Of a DNA stretch of 64,000 nt, positions 9,201 through 19,540 are shown piece by piece. Under the pieces are notes generated by a model. The model made no database searches. It saw only the letters and a list, made by a program, of their open reading frames with translations, and was not told the DNA's origin. This DNA comes from a virus. Its lineage: Duplodnaviria; Caudoviricetes. The DNA lies in IMG/VR virus record IMGVR_UViG_3300021426_000063, positions 1 through 64,000 of that record. One strand, given 5' to 3'. Within the stretch, counting starts at the first letter, position 1. Each line of letters begins with the position of its first letter. The translations under genes were made by a program, and so were the position numbers.

Positions 9201-12200
9201 CTGAAAATCCTAATGATATCCTTGTTGATGACCCAAGATGGAACTGGTCATTGTTCAAAGGTCAGGATGGTTATGGATATGAATATATCTTCAAGAGAAC
9301 AAGCAATAATTCTGCTCCATCAGTTCCTTCAACAACAAGTGAACAAGACAGGACTGATGAATTCCATCCAAATGGTTGGTCAGATGAACCAATGGAACCA
9401 ACATCTGATAACAGATATGTATGGATGTGTTGGAGAAAGTATGACAAGAACAATGGTGTCTGGTCAAAGTTCATGGGTGAACAAAACAAGACATCAGAAC
9501 AGAGTGGTCTTGCCAAGCGTTGGAACATCTTTACAAATGGTATCACTGGTGTTGTAGAATACTTCCATGCTGATACAACTAGTAGTCCTTCTGATGCAGC
9601 ATATAATGGTGATCCAACAGATTATCCTAACTATTGGTTCAGTAGTTCTTCTGCTGCTGGTTGGGGATTGAACAAGAAGTATCTCTTCAATGTAGAGGTT
9701 ATTGAGTATCTTGATGGTTCAGCACAGATTATGGATCCTCACTTTGTAACAATGTATGAGGATGGTATCAAAGATGTTACTGATTACTATTGTCTTGATA
9801 GTGATGGTGAAACAGCACCAGCAATGAGTGGTGGTGTTCCTGTAACAACCGGTACATCACAAATGGAAGGTAAGAGTTGGTGGACAACCAATGCAAAGAA
9901 GACACCTATTGGTAGAGGATATGAATACCTTTGGAATATAACCAAGAAGACTTATGAAGGCGGAAAAGCAGATGAATGGACAACACCTCTTGTAATTGGT
10001 GTTTATACAGAAGGTAGTAGTACTATCTATGCAGACCTTGATAATGAGATGGATTCTGTTCAGGTTGACAGTGACAAGAAAGTGATTACTGCAAGTACAT
10101 TCACAAGTCATCTTACAATGTATTATGGTCAGGAAAAACTTAACATCACAAGATGTGATATATCAGGTGAAGAACCATTAAGTGGTAAGATTTCATTCTC
10201 TACTATCCCAAGTGGAGGTACAGATACTGTTACAATGACATTAAATCTTAATCAGGGTTATCAACTCCCTGAATTGAGTCATAAGATTGTATTTACAGTA
10301 ACTGCAAATCTTCCTGGTAATGGTGGTCAGGTATCAAGAATTGCAACATATACACTTCTTGCAACAACACATGAATATGTATATTCTATCAATATAGCTC
10401 CTAATTCTATTATCAAGCCAACATCAGGAGCAATAAATCCTAGTACTTTAAGTATTAGTGTTGTTGAAAGAAATGGTATAAATACAACAGAACATACAAG
10501 TCCTAATAGTAGATTTGATGTATATGTAAGTAAGAATGGTGGTTCAAAGACAAAATTGACAACATTCAGTTATTCTACAAGTGGTTTGGATATCAATGAT
10601 AGAATCACATTCACAGTTGAAGTACCAGTCAATGGTACAAATATAGTGCTTGATACAGAAACAATATATGTATTGAGAGAAGGTACAGATGGTACAAATG
10701 GTACAAATGGTGCAGCTGGTAATGGTTATCAGTATTGTTATGTAAGATATACTAATGCTGATGAATCAAAATATGGTGGTGCAACTACACCAACTGTAAC
10801 ACAAGCATATACAACATCCAATCCAACATTTAAGATTGGTAATGAACCTGTACCATCATCATCAACACCACAGGGTGCCGATGCTGAACATACTTATGAA
10901 TATAGGTCAGAAAGAAGTGGTTATGATGGTAACTGGAGTAAGTGGTCAACACCTGTGACCATTGCAAAGTATCTTGATGCAGGTGATATTGAATCAACCA
11001 TAACAAGAGAGGTGAATAATGCTGTTAGTTCTGCTGAACAAAGAATAAATAATAATTTAAGTAGTACTATCAGTAGAGTAAGTACAATTTCAAATTATAT
11101 TGATTCCATTGATGGATATATTACAGAAAGTGGTGTATTCTCTGGTACAATATCAACAAGTACTATGGCAGGTATTGTAACTGCTGTTACAAGTAGTTCA
11201 TCATTTGCAAGTAGTGTAACAACACAATTGAATGGTATAGTTGCTGATATAAGTGGTGTTACAACATTTTCAGATTGGGTAAATACTGAAACAAGTGAAA
11301 TTAGAACAGCAAATCAAAGAATCACTTCAATGGCAAGTGGTATGACAACAATAGAAAATAATGTCACTTCTGTTTCACAGGGTGTTGCTACCAATGCTGC
11401 TAATATACTTACTGTTACTTCAAATTATGCAGAAATTGCTAATATAGTAACAACAATGAGTAATACTGTTGCAGGTATAAAGCAAACAGTAGATGCTGGT
11501 GTTGCTGCTGTTGACATCTTTGTAAATAAGGATGACCATAGTGCTGGTATGGTATTCCAGGCAACTGGAAGTGGTTCTGAAATTGCATTGAGAGCTGACA
11601 GAGTTGGTATACAGTCAAACTACTTCAATCTTGATAGTAATGGAATAAGATTTAATTCAAAATCTGGTCAAACAAGTTTGGGTATAGATGGTATACTTCG
11701 TGCTGAAAATGCTGTCATTTCTGGTAATATAAAAGCACAAGAGTTTGAAGCAAATATGCAAACATCAATAAGTGCAACTGCAACAGTAGATGGAACACAA
11801 AAAACAATAACTGGTACAGCAAATAAGATTACACTCATTGATGGACAATCTCTTACAATCACAGCAACAGGTACAGTTAATGTTGGATCAGATACAAAGA
11901 ATATCAATAATTCATTGTATATTAAATTGGTTGATGTTCTTGATAATCCAAATAATTCTGAATTTAATTCTGATAAACTTATCTGTGTACCTGTATTGTG
12001 TATGAATTATAATGGTAAAGAATATATGTTGAGTCCAGCATCCTGGATGACAAATAATGTAATTGCAGACACATCTAATGCAAAATGGATGTCTATGGGT
12101 ACATATTATACATATGGTTTCTCTGCACCATCATCATCTACAAAATACTGTGTTACTGGAACATCATCTCAAGCAGGATGTACATATTATGTTGCACAAT

Positions 12201-13132
12201 CTGGAAATCTTGTATCTAATTTTGGTTCAATAGGATTATATAGAATGACAATTTTGGATTGGGGTACACAAGAAGCAAACTTCAAACAATCTTTTATAGA
12301 TAGAGGATTGTTAGATAGTACTGGAACAATTGGTACAATTACAAAACGAAGTCGCATTGGTGATGCAGCATATATTGGATCAAGTACACAAGCAAAGATT
12401 ACACAAAATCTTATTAATACATATGGTGGTACAGGTTCAGCTTCTGGATATAAATTAACAAGTTCAGAAGATTTTATGGAATATATATCTGTTTCAAATA
12501 TTACTGATGTATCAACATATGGTTTACAAAATATGATAGACTATTTAAATGCTCGAGTTAATCAAGATAAACATGGTAATGATATTATTTGGAGTTCTCA
12601 TTATGAAGGTATGCCTGGTCAGGCAACATTAGATAATATTAGTGTACAAAATATTTTGCCATATACAAACCAAGTATCTTCATCTGATTATAGTGATACA
12701 TGTTCATTAAATTTATCTGTTGGTTATTTGCGTACATTATCAAGTCCATACTTTAATTTTAATTCAACAATTAAAGAAATATATTGTAGATATAGTTTAG
12801 AAGTAACTCGTATAATTGATAATGGTAATCAGGATTATCCTGTTTATATGACAGCATATAATAATCCAAACAATGGTATATATACTTATCCCGGTTGGAT
12901 TAGAGAAAGATTTACATTTGATTTTATTTTAAGTCCAACTAGTACACTTACAGACTATAGTTCTATTTTAACAAAAGTAAAAACATTTTTGGAAAATATT
13001 GATCCATTATCAATATTTGGAGCATATGTCCAAGGTAGAGTAAGTGTTGGTGAATTTAATATATGGATTTCAGAAGGTGAGGGTGAACAAGATATTGCAT
13101 ATATTACAGGTCAAACAGAAGAACCAGCTTAA
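6287..13132 (+). CDS. Giant tail fibre / host-specificity protein (about 2280 aa)
   Basis: Collagen-like GxDG linkers, repeated DGxGVEYIF...WTDxP...WSxP modules, coiled-coil stalk and S/T-rich C-terminal part; preceded by a late promoter; ATG 6287 preferred. Confidence 0.75.
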   Translation: MAENDNIIFPVGDDRENLEIRKINNNGTIGELIETVNTNFENIARHGGGPAGKDGINGLDGVDGVNVEYIYCLSDEMVEGVHYPSSDRDKSILFEKLQAQYESKYTGEGGVQTTWYNYAQPISIDQKNEYVMARYKITEYNWAYADPVLWAHWGETGKDGDGVEYIFLQSTKELNGEELDNLILKKEHMTSPEYKEYQKIIYGLDEFYPGETWFNAENKQRARMAITNAGITINEGGFNILWQQRFGFFTNGESNKWTDEPKGTGFVPNSDSDVQKKLIQFEYVSIRRSYRDENDKKVWTDFSVPSIWSNYSLPTATVMIYYNADEDETPTGPAVGTGYYNWTTKSLDFNGKSDAADDDIPSGWTEHHDEAEGKIVWMCYGLFDNTGENQTWSSPVRLTGEPGKAGEDGTFIEFIYTSVEKNGTYNYPIDDQVAANKLFDDVEAAADHRAEYRGTFWWDRALPISYDEPIVYVWIRRKSNGSDWVVDPAPIVWSRWGEDGMDGDGVEYIFVTTNANLPEDLSLPKYSNLNPYQKKLFQINDFIPSANWFVENNKQKAIDVLKGSFSEEQWTNKYGFDSYSAWTDNPASVDPEHKYQWVSIRRSENDERGKAVWQDFGEPKLWSKYSTSIFTAYAFIATKAYDDLSGYQPHGLVSISDPRPESGDTYQGVQITWTDGPVTSIDKPVVWVTSAKVNEDNLSTIQWSRPIKMADTAEFNVEWCSDDIMGDNLATLIDELASSEYNFGRFLADNNNIESDAEDAWRTYVQEQLGLEFSDSTENAILMATCQYTSGTWSNWELVRVKGEDGEDGRPLNVVGRIQKELYLPENTEYTLSSATAYLNAHQPSSANNGDLLIVYPHTTDAGNNESGIYYGDDTGDKGGALYMWVYHNNSWVDYNTSSNGETTYNTYASPNCHLILWDGDSWQDMGRFKGDTGDRYALLVKYANDVNGVRTYVSSDPSAKWIGVLTYIDGSENPNDILVDDPRWNWSLFKGQDGYGYEYIFKRTSNNSAPSVPSTTSEQDRTDEFHPNGWSDEPMEPTSDNRYVWMCWRKYDKNNGVWSKFMGEQNKTSEQSGLAKRWNIFTNGITGVVEYFHADTTSSPSDAAYNGDPTDYPNYWFSSSSAAGWGLNKKYLFNVEVIEYLDGSAQIMDPHFVTMYEDGIKDVTDYYCLDSDGETAPAMSGGVPVTTGTSQMEGKSWWTTNAKKTPIGRGYEYLWNITKKTYEGGKADEWTTPLVIGVYTEGSSTIYADLDNEMDSVQVDSDKKVITASTFTSHLTMYYGQEKLNITRCDISGEEPLSGKISFSTIPSGGTDTVTMTLNLNQGYQLPELSHKIVFTVTANLPGNGGQVSRIATYTLLATTHEYVYSINIAPNSIIKPTSGAINPSTLSISVVERNGINTTEHTSPNSRFDVYVSKNGGSKTKLTTFSYSTSGLDINDRITFTVEVPVNGTNIVLDTETIYVLREGTDGTNGTNGAAGNGYQYCYVRYTNADESKYGGATTPTVTQAYTTSNPTFKIGNEPVPSSSTPQGADAEHTYEYRSERSGYDGNWSKWSTPVTIAKYLDAGDIESTITREVNNAVSSAEQRINNNLSSTISRVSTISNYIDSIDGYITESGVFSGTISTSTMAGIVTAVTSSSSFASSVTTQLNGIVADISGVTTFSDWVNTETSEIRTANQRITSMASGMTTIENNVTSVSQGVATNAANILTVTSNYAEIANIVTTMSNTVAGIKQTVDAGVAAVDIFVNKDDHSAGMVFQATGSGSEIALRADRVGIQSNYFNLDSNGIRFNSKSGQTSLGIDGILRAENAVISGNIKAQEFEANMQTSISATATVDGTQKTITGTANKITLIDGQSLTITATGTVNVGSDTKNINNSLYIKLVDVLDNPNNSEFNSDKLICVPVLCMNYNGKEYMLSPASWMTNNVIADTSNAKWMSMGTYYTYGFSAPSSSTKYCVTGTSSQAGCTYYVAQSGNLVSNFGSIGLYRMTILDWGTQEANFKQSFIDRGLLDSTGTIGTITKRSRIGDAAYIGSSTQAKITQNLINTYGGTGSASGYKLTSSEDFMEYISVSNITDVSTYGLQNMIDYLNARVNQDKHGNDIIWSSHYEGMPGQATLDNISVQNILPYTNQVSSSDYSDTCSLNLSVGYLRTLSSPYFNFNSTIKEIYCRYSLEVTRIIDNGNQDYPVYMTAYNNPNNGIYTYPGWIRERFTFDFILSPTSTLTDYSSILTKVKTFLENIDPLSIFGAYVQGRVSVGEFNIWISEGEGEQDIAYITGQTEEPA

Positions 13133-13134
13133 AC

Positions 13135-13168
13135 AAAAGAAGGGAACTTTAAAAGTTCCCTTCTTTTT
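13135..13168. terminator. Bidirectional intrinsic terminator between convergent genes
   Basis: AAAAGAAGGGAACTT-taa-AAGTTCCCTTCTTTT. Confidence 0.85.
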
Positions 13169-16100
13169 TATATCTTCTTCAATATGAAACTGAATCCAAA
13201 TTTTTCTTCATATCCAGATTGTAGGTTATAGACTATCTTTCTATCAAAATCATCTCTATTCATCTTTGTCATTGTGATGTTGTTTACTTCAATAAAGTTG
13301 TGTTGTCTGAAGTATTCAACCAGGTTATGTGTCTTGAAGTAGTTTTTGTCATAATCATCTGTACAATTCTTATCATATTCAAGATATGTAGTATAATCAT
13401 TGTCTATCCTACTATTATGCTGACCAATCCTGTTCCTCTTAACAAACATCCTCACCTTTTCAAGTTTATAGAGTTTCAGTACATTCTTTGTCACATATTC
13501 TTCAATATCATCATCTATACCATTCTTACCAAATGATTGGTCATTTGCAATATACTTATTAAATTCTGGTTCAAGAATATCTTTGAAGTATCTCACTATC
13601 CTCTTCTTCATAAAGAGATAAAAATCTACACTGTTACTGTTTATCTCCTTGAACATTATCTCTCCCGGACATCCATCTGGATTGGTTATCCAATTGTCAT
13701 TCCATTCACCTTTCCATTCAGAATCATTACCAAGTGTGAATCCATAAATCTCTATCATTTCAGGTACATTGAGATACTTTGAACCAAACATACAAAGTCC
13801 TTCCTTCATACTACTTATATTCTTACATGCCTTTGATGTGTTGATGTCAACCTGTTTGGTATAGTGAGACATATCCCAGTTACTCTCAAAGATATTGTAA
13901 TCCCTATAATCCAGAGCATACTGTCCAGTCAATGGATAATAAGGTTCAAGACTTGTTATAATCTCTTTGTTCTCTTCATTGGCTTTATGAAACCACATAT
14001 TATTGATGATACCAAACTTTCCATAATTATCTTCATATGTATCATCAAATGATGTATTGGAATAAACACATTCTCCATTATCATCTGGTTTAAAGTTCTT
14101 ATAGAACAAAACATCCTTGAAGATTGGGTTATAATAACCAGAATATCTGTTGATGACCTTTAATCTCAACTCATTGATGTTCTTTTTAAGACTTATATTA
14201 ATAGAACCAATAACATTCTTCTTTGGGTCATTCATCATCACTGGTTCACCAGAAAATATGTCATATACAGTGATTGAATCAGGATCAACAACTCTTATCT
14301 TATAATTAGTTTCTGTATTACAATATGATACATTATCATTATCATTAGAATTAATCTTCTTCTTGATACTATTAATGGACATCTCATTGAACTTCTCAAA
14401 CTCATTTTCAATCTGACTACTTTCATCCATTGGTGGGAGTTCAATGATGTTATTGTGACCTTTATAGATGGTTACTCTTAATCTATACTTGTACTGTGTT
14501 CTATAATTGATTACAACAGCGATATATCTACCTTCTGATGTATATACACCATTTGGTAATGTATCAATATAACCATTATCATTAGTCATATAGATACCTT
14601 TACTGATTTTTTCACCATCATCATCTATAAAGAATATCTCAACACTAATACCAGCAGCGGGTTTATTTGATAAATCACCACAATGACTATCATACATAAC
14701 CTTTATGGAGTTCTGTGGTGTAATACTGATAGTATAAATGTCAGTTGGATCATCAGAACCCTCTGATTGAGGCATAATGTAATTGTTGTATCCTTCTTTT
14801 GATAGTTTTACATCAATATAATGTAAACCACAGAAATATGATACATATCCATTTTCATCACTTTCTTTTTCTGCAAGAAGTTCATTATTAGACATATACT
14901 TTACATTAACCCCCTGGACATATTTACCTGTTTTTGTATCAACAAATCTATAACTATGATAGTACATCAATCCTGAAACAGAATTGATTGTAAATACTGC
15001 ACCTGCTATATTTGTATCTGCTGATGCAGGTAATTGATTACTTGGACCGATATAGTTTGTCCACTCATATCCAGATGTAGGAAGTGATGTACACTTTGCA
15101 TATATTGGATTTGGAGTATTATTAGATTCACCAAGAGGTATTTCTATCTTACCATTTACATTAGTTTCATACACTGTTTGTCGTGTCTGTTTGTATCTTG
15201 ATGGTATATTCTGTCTAATGAGTTCAACAAGATCCCCTACTTTTGAAATAACAGGTTTATGTGTATCTTCATCAATAGCAGTTAAATCATCTACTGTTAT
15301 TGATGTATGGAATTTGTTGTTTACAGAATTTACAATTTCTGTATGATATTGATTATAATTACTGAAAATATCACTTGCCTTGATATTTGATATTTCTCTA
15401 CTACTTACAGTTGATAATATAGTCTGTACTCTTACAAAGAGTTCCTTTGCACCAATAGAAGTGATATCAGAATCAGCAATATTAATTGTTGATGTCCTTC
15501 TTGATGGTGTCCAAGCAGAAGACATAGTGAAATCAGTAAACATCCTCACTAACACACCAGAAACAGGAGTATTATTATTATCCTTTACATAAACAACATA
15601 ATAATAATTCTTTGTTTGTGATTTCACCAAATTAACATACTTTGGTGTGTTGTTAGAAACCTCTATTGATGCTTTACCATTATCAAGAATTATACCTTCT
15701 TGTGTTGTGTAACCATTCTTTGATACATTTATTGAAAAAGTATAGTTATCAGTTGTATCAAAAACACATTTACCATTTGAATCTGTTATCAATGTTGTTT
15801 CAACAGTTGAACTGCCAAAACTATAATTATAAACATCTACTGTTGCCCCAGAAATGAATGATGAAGGATTCTCACTGTCTCTTACACAGATGGTATAATA
15901 AGTATATCCTGATGTTGATCTCAATTCAACATCAAACTCATTGTCATCATTCCAGGTGTCAAGAGAAGTTCTATAGATAGTAATGTTTTCTTTTGACTCA
16001 TAACCTGGTGCAGATACATTAATATGTAAATCTCCATCAACCAACACTTTATTCACACTAATGTATGTTGAACCATTGACACCAGTAGGATTTATATGAT

Positions 16101-16218
16101 TAACATATCCATCCACATCTTCAATTTCTGCACCAGATATAGGCGTACCTTTTGTATCTCTAACATATACTGTTATTAAAACAAAACCAGTACCAGTTTC
16201 ATTATCCATTTCACTCAT
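13168..16218 (-). CDS. Large probable virion protein with tandem Ig/carboxypeptidase-regulatory-like domains and an ACP-like insert
   Basis: Repeated VxDxxxxPISGAxV...TDxNG...VSKxGY modules; in a late-promoter operon. Confidence 0.65.
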   Translation of the reverse strand: MSEMDNETGTGFVLITVYVRDTKGTPISGAEIEDVDGYVNHINPTGVNGSTYISVNKVLVDGDLHINVSAPGYESKENITIYRTSLDTWNDDNEFDVELRSTSGYTYYTICVRDSENPSSFISGATVDVYNYSFGSSTVETTLITDSNGKCVFDTTDNYTFSINVSKNGYTTQEGIILDNGKASIEVSNNTPKYVNLVKSQTKNYYYVVYVKDNNNTPVSGVLVRMFTDFTMSSAWTPSRRTSTINIADSDITSIGAKELFVRVQTILSTVSSREISNIKASDIFSNYNQYHTEIVNSVNNKFHTSITVDDLTAIDEDTHKPVISKVGDLVELIRQNIPSRYKQTRQTVYETNVNGKIEIPLGESNNTPNPIYAKCTSLPTSGYEWTNYIGPSNQLPASADTNIAGAVFTINSVSGLMYYHSYRFVDTKTGKYVQGVNVKYMSNNELLAEKESDENGYVSYFCGLHYIDVKLSKEGYNNYIMPQSEGSDDPTDIYTISITPQNSIKVMYDSHCGDLSNKPAAGISVEIFFIDDDGEKISKGIYMTNDNGYIDTLPNGVYTSEGRYIAVVINYRTQYKYRLRVTIYKGHNNIIELPPMDESSQIENEFEKFNEMSINSIKKKINSNDNDNVSYCNTETNYKIRVVDPDSITVYDIFSGEPVMMNDPKKNVIGSINISLKKNINELRLKVINRYSGYYNPIFKDVLFYKNFKPDDNGECVYSNTSFDDTYEDNYGKFGIINNMWFHKANEENKEIITSLEPYYPLTGQYALDYRDYNIFESNWDMSHYTKQVDINTSKACKNISSMKEGLCMFGSKYLNVPEMIEIYGFTLGNDSEWKGEWNDNWITNPDGCPGEIMFKEINSNSVDFYLFMKKRIVRYFKDILEPEFNKYIANDQSFGKNGIDDDIEEYVTKNVLKLYKLEKVRMFVKRNRIGQHNSRIDNDYTTYLEYDKNCTDDYDKNYFKTHNLVEYFRQHNFIEVNNITMTKMNRDDFDRKIVYNLQSGYEEKFGFSFILKKI

Positions 16219-16237
16219 ATCTTTTTATGATTTTTTA

Positions 16238-19120
16238 TTAATTTGAACCATCACTTTCTGAATCTGAACCACCAGTATCTTCAACAGGCTTACTTTCATC
16301 AGTGTCTATATATCCCATACTTCCGGCATATACATATCCCTTGTTGAACTCTCTGATTTTAGGATTATCCTTCATATCAAAGAACATAAATCCAACAACA
16401 AACTTATAATCATCATTCTTTACAAAATAGACTTTGTACTCATTATGGTCATTGTCATTATCATTAAGTCCCCATACAGGTATGTATATGAATGAGAATT
16501 TATAATCATTATATTTTCCGGTAAATATCTCTTCTTTACTACCATTATATTCAACTATCTCAAACTTAACACCCCTGAAAAGAGTGGATGATCTGTTGAC
16601 AGAATCACCAAGAAGGAATCTTGAATATTTCTTATTAAACCTCTTATTTGAGTACATTGTTCCAGATGTATCTCCAAACAACTCATCAAATGGATTACCA
16701 TATCCATCAGATTTCTTCCTGGAGAAATAATCAGCCCATATTTTTACTATGTCATTTACATTAGACCTCTTTATCTCACTGTTTACCCATAGACTCTTAT
16801 TTGCTTCAATATACTGATACTCATTCCTGAGATCCTTTGAATCACCAGAATATACATTCCTGATATAGTAAGGCATTGAATGGGTATACTCCAATATATC
16901 AGCTCTCTGCATAAATGTGTTTGCAGAGAAGTTACAAGCCTCAAAAATCTTACTTGTATTCAATCTGTATGGATTCTCACAACTATCCTTTGAATCATCA
17001 ATATATCCCCATTTGTTGATGAATGGAGTAGATTTATTCACAGTTGATAATTCTGGTATGATATTCTCAAAATAATACTCATATTCAGTATTGATATTAT
17101 CACCATTATGATAGAAGAACTTACCAAATGGAATAGTCAATTTTACAATATCTGTATTTTCACTATCACTATCAGAATCACTATCAGAATCACTATCAGA
17201 ATCACTATCAGAATCAGCATCAGAATATTGTTCACTTATAGTATCCAACTCTTTCTTCATCATCTGATATTCACCATATGCTGATGATATTGTATCAAAA
17301 TCAAAATCTTTAACTGGGAAAAAGCTGAGTATACCTATCTTAGCATAGAACCTGTCAATGATTTCTACCAAATCAGTGTTTGACCTGTTCACATATGGTC
17401 CATAGTTATCAGTAACAAGAATAGAATACTCATCATCAATAGTATTGTCAGGATGAATATAAGGAACAATGGATATTATTTTTGCATTATCCCTACCAAT
17501 ACCACATTTGAGGTATCTTGAACTATCCCTGTCTGTCTTTGTTTCATCAATAAACATATCCTTGTCAGCAGTATATATCTTAAACTGACAACCATCAACA
17601 TCTGTACCTCCACTGAATGATTTTGTAATCATTTCAAAAATTCCACTCTCCCTTGTTCCTCTGTCAAAACTAATATAAAAGAGATTATTAAGATTTGAAC
17701 CAGGATAAACTGCTTTTATAATAACCTTGTTCTTATAACTGAATGATGTTATCCATTTGAACTCATCCTCCCTGTATGATCTGATTACACCAGCAATGGC
17801 AAATGCAATATCTTCCTTTGTACCATTACAAGAGAAGTAATTATTATAAAACTCCCTGGCAGGTAACTGGTTATTGGCAACAAAAACACCAAGTTGTTGA
17901 TATGTTTCTGTATTGTAGATATAAATCTTGTTTCCTTCACCCACATCACCAACAATCTCAAATACCATAGTTGAGTATCCAGGACCTGATACCCTCTCCA
18001 TATAGGTTGATACAGATGAAGACTCAAATCCCATGAAGTCAAATTTGTTATTCACCTTACCTGGTATATCAAAATAACCAGGATATGCCATTTCTTCTAC
18101 TGTATAAATCTCATTCTTCTTGTTCTTTATATAATAGAAATCATCAGTCTCCAACCTAACATCATCATCTGCATTCCATACAGTTACAATGGATGTTTTA
18201 TCTGTTTCTTTATCATAATAACAATCACCAACATTGATATCATACAAATCAATGTCATTACAATACATACCAAAATATCTTGCGAACTTGTATTCGCTAA
18301 TTCCATTGTCATCAAAAAGGAACTCAAAATTGATGATATATGGGAAGATTAGACCATTCCTCTCAAAACCAGAAGTAATCCAATCATCCATCTTCATAAT
18401 GGTATTGTCATTATTGAGGAGTTGTTCATCAAAGTTCTCAACCTTCTGTGCAAGGACACCAGATTTCTTATCAATACCATAATAATAAATCTCATCAGTT
18501 GAGAAATTCACATAAATGGATTTGTCATACTCAAAGTTCCTCTGTTCAACATATCTCTTTATATAATCACCAATTGGTGTACCTTCCCTTAAATCAAAGG
18601 TCTTTATGATTCTTATTTTATTCTTAACATCACTGTTAAAGTCAAAACCTGAATCAGATATTTTCATATTTGTGTTTGAGGGTGTATCAACCCTGAAGAT
18701 GACAAAGTAGTTTGGTCTCTTCTTCCTGATATAAAGAGGTGCAATACAACCCATCTCCTGTGGATAAGCATCTGAATTGATTGATTCAACACCACACCAG
18801 TACATATTCTCAAACTGATCATCAAAACTATTGAGGATAACTGTATCATCAACATTCTGACCAACTGTATGTGATGCAGTACTTGTACCAAGAAGGAAGT
18901 TCCTTATGTCCCTGTTGAACAAACCTGTCTTCCACACCCTATGATGTTTATACTCATTGGTTGACAACAGTGGTACTGCTGGATAAGCCTCCATATACAG
19001 ATTCTCTCCATCATACATCAACTTGGTATTGGTTGTGAGTTTTGGATTGGTTCTCACTATCTGGAATGATACATCATCATCCAATCTAACATAGTTTGGT
19101 TTTCCCTCAAATAACTTCAT
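16238..19120 (-). CDS. Large probable virion structural protein with an SD-repeat linker
   Basis: About 960 aa; CATAAATA upstream at 19145-19152; ATG 19120 preferred. Confidence 0.65.
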   Translation of the reverse strand: MKLFEGKPNYVRLDDDVSFQIVRTNPKLTTNTKLMYDGENLYMEAYPAVPLLSTNEYKHHRVWKTGLFNRDIRNFLLGTSTASHTVGQNVDDTVILNSFDDQFENMYWCGVESINSDAYPQEMGCIAPLYIRKKRPNYFVIFRVDTPSNTNMKISDSGFDFNSDVKNKIRIIKTFDLREGTPIGDYIKRYVEQRNFEYDKSIYVNFSTDEIYYYGIDKKSGVLAQKVENFDEQLLNNDNTIMKMDDWITSGFERNGLIFPYIINFEFLFDDNGISEYKFARYFGMYCNDIDLYDINVGDCYYDKETDKTSIVTVWNADDDVRLETDDFYYIKNKKNEIYTVEEMAYPGYFDIPGKVNNKFDFMGFESSSVSTYMERVSGPGYSTMVFEIVGDVGEGNKIYIYNTETYQQLGVFVANNQLPAREFYNNYFSCNGTKEDIAFAIAGVIRSYREDEFKWITSFSYKNKVIIKAVYPGSNLNNLFYISFDRGTRESGIFEMITKSFSGGTDVDGCQFKIYTADKDMFIDETKTDRDSSRYLKCGIGRDNAKIISIVPYIHPDNTIDDEYSILVTDNYGPYVNRSNTDLVEIIDRFYAKIGILSFFPVKDFDFDTISSAYGEYQMMKKELDTISEQYSDADSDSDSDSDSDSDSDSDSENTDIVKLTIPFGKFFYHNGDNINTEYEYYFENIIPELSTVNKSTPFINKWGYIDDSKDSCENPYRLNTSKIFEACNFSANTFMQRADILEYTHSMPYYIRNVYSGDSKDLRNEYQYIEANKSLWVNSEIKRSNVNDIVKIWADYFSRKKSDGYGNPFDELFGDTSGTMYSNKRFNKKYSRFLLGDSVNRSSTLFRGVKFEIVEYNGSKEEIFTGKYNDYKFSFIYIPVWGLNDNDNDHNEYKVYFVKNDDYKFVVGFMFFDMKDNPKIREFNKGYVYAGSMGYIDTDESKPVEDTGGSDSESDGSN
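17161..17226. repeat. 12-bp tandem repeat (CACTATCAGAAT) x4 plus degenerate flanks, encoding (DS)n
   Basis: Perfect copies at 17167-17214. Confidence 0.9.
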
Positions 19121-19144
19121 ATTATTACAAAACAACTATATAGG

Positions 19145-19152
19145 TATTTATG
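19145..19152 (-). promoter_or_regulatory. Late-type promoter CATAAATA
   Basis: Upstream of the structural operon 19120-13168. Confidence 0.6.
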
Positions 19153-19168
19153 AGAAAAAGGGGAAAGA

Positions 19169-19540
19169 TTAACCCTTTCCCATTTTCAATTTGTCTTCAA
19201 GTTCCTCATATAACTTGTTCTCTATGTGCTTGAACAGATTTGTTCTGGAGTCTAATATCCTCCTGTCCACAACCTGGTTTTTGTTGTTGTACTTCTCCTT
19301 ACATTTCTCACAAACAAAGTTCTCAACATCATTCTTGGATTTATCAACCAAAATGGGTTCACCACATATGGCACACTTCCATTCCAAAAGACCAACAGTC
19401 TTCTCATATACCCACCTCTCTACAACCCTGTTGAAATTTGGATCATAAATCAGATTCAGGTACTGGGATTCAATATTGTCAAAATCCCTTGAAAACCTCT
19501 GTAATCCAAGTTGTTTGAGTCTTTCCCTGTCTGCTATCAT
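19169..19540 (-). CDS. Zinc-ribbon hypothetical protein
   Basis: CAICG...CEKC. Confidence 0.7.
   Translation of the reverse strand: MIADRERLKQLGLQRFSRDFDNIESQYLNLIYDPNFNRVVERWVYEKTVGLLEWKCAICGEPILVDKSKNDVENFVCEKCKEKYNNKNQVVDRRILDSRTNLFKHIENKLYEELEDKLKMGKG

Noticed and set aside
6287-13132. Diversity-generating retroelement target in the tail fibre
   Set aside because: No reverse transcriptase gene and no template/variable repeat pair is visible in this window.
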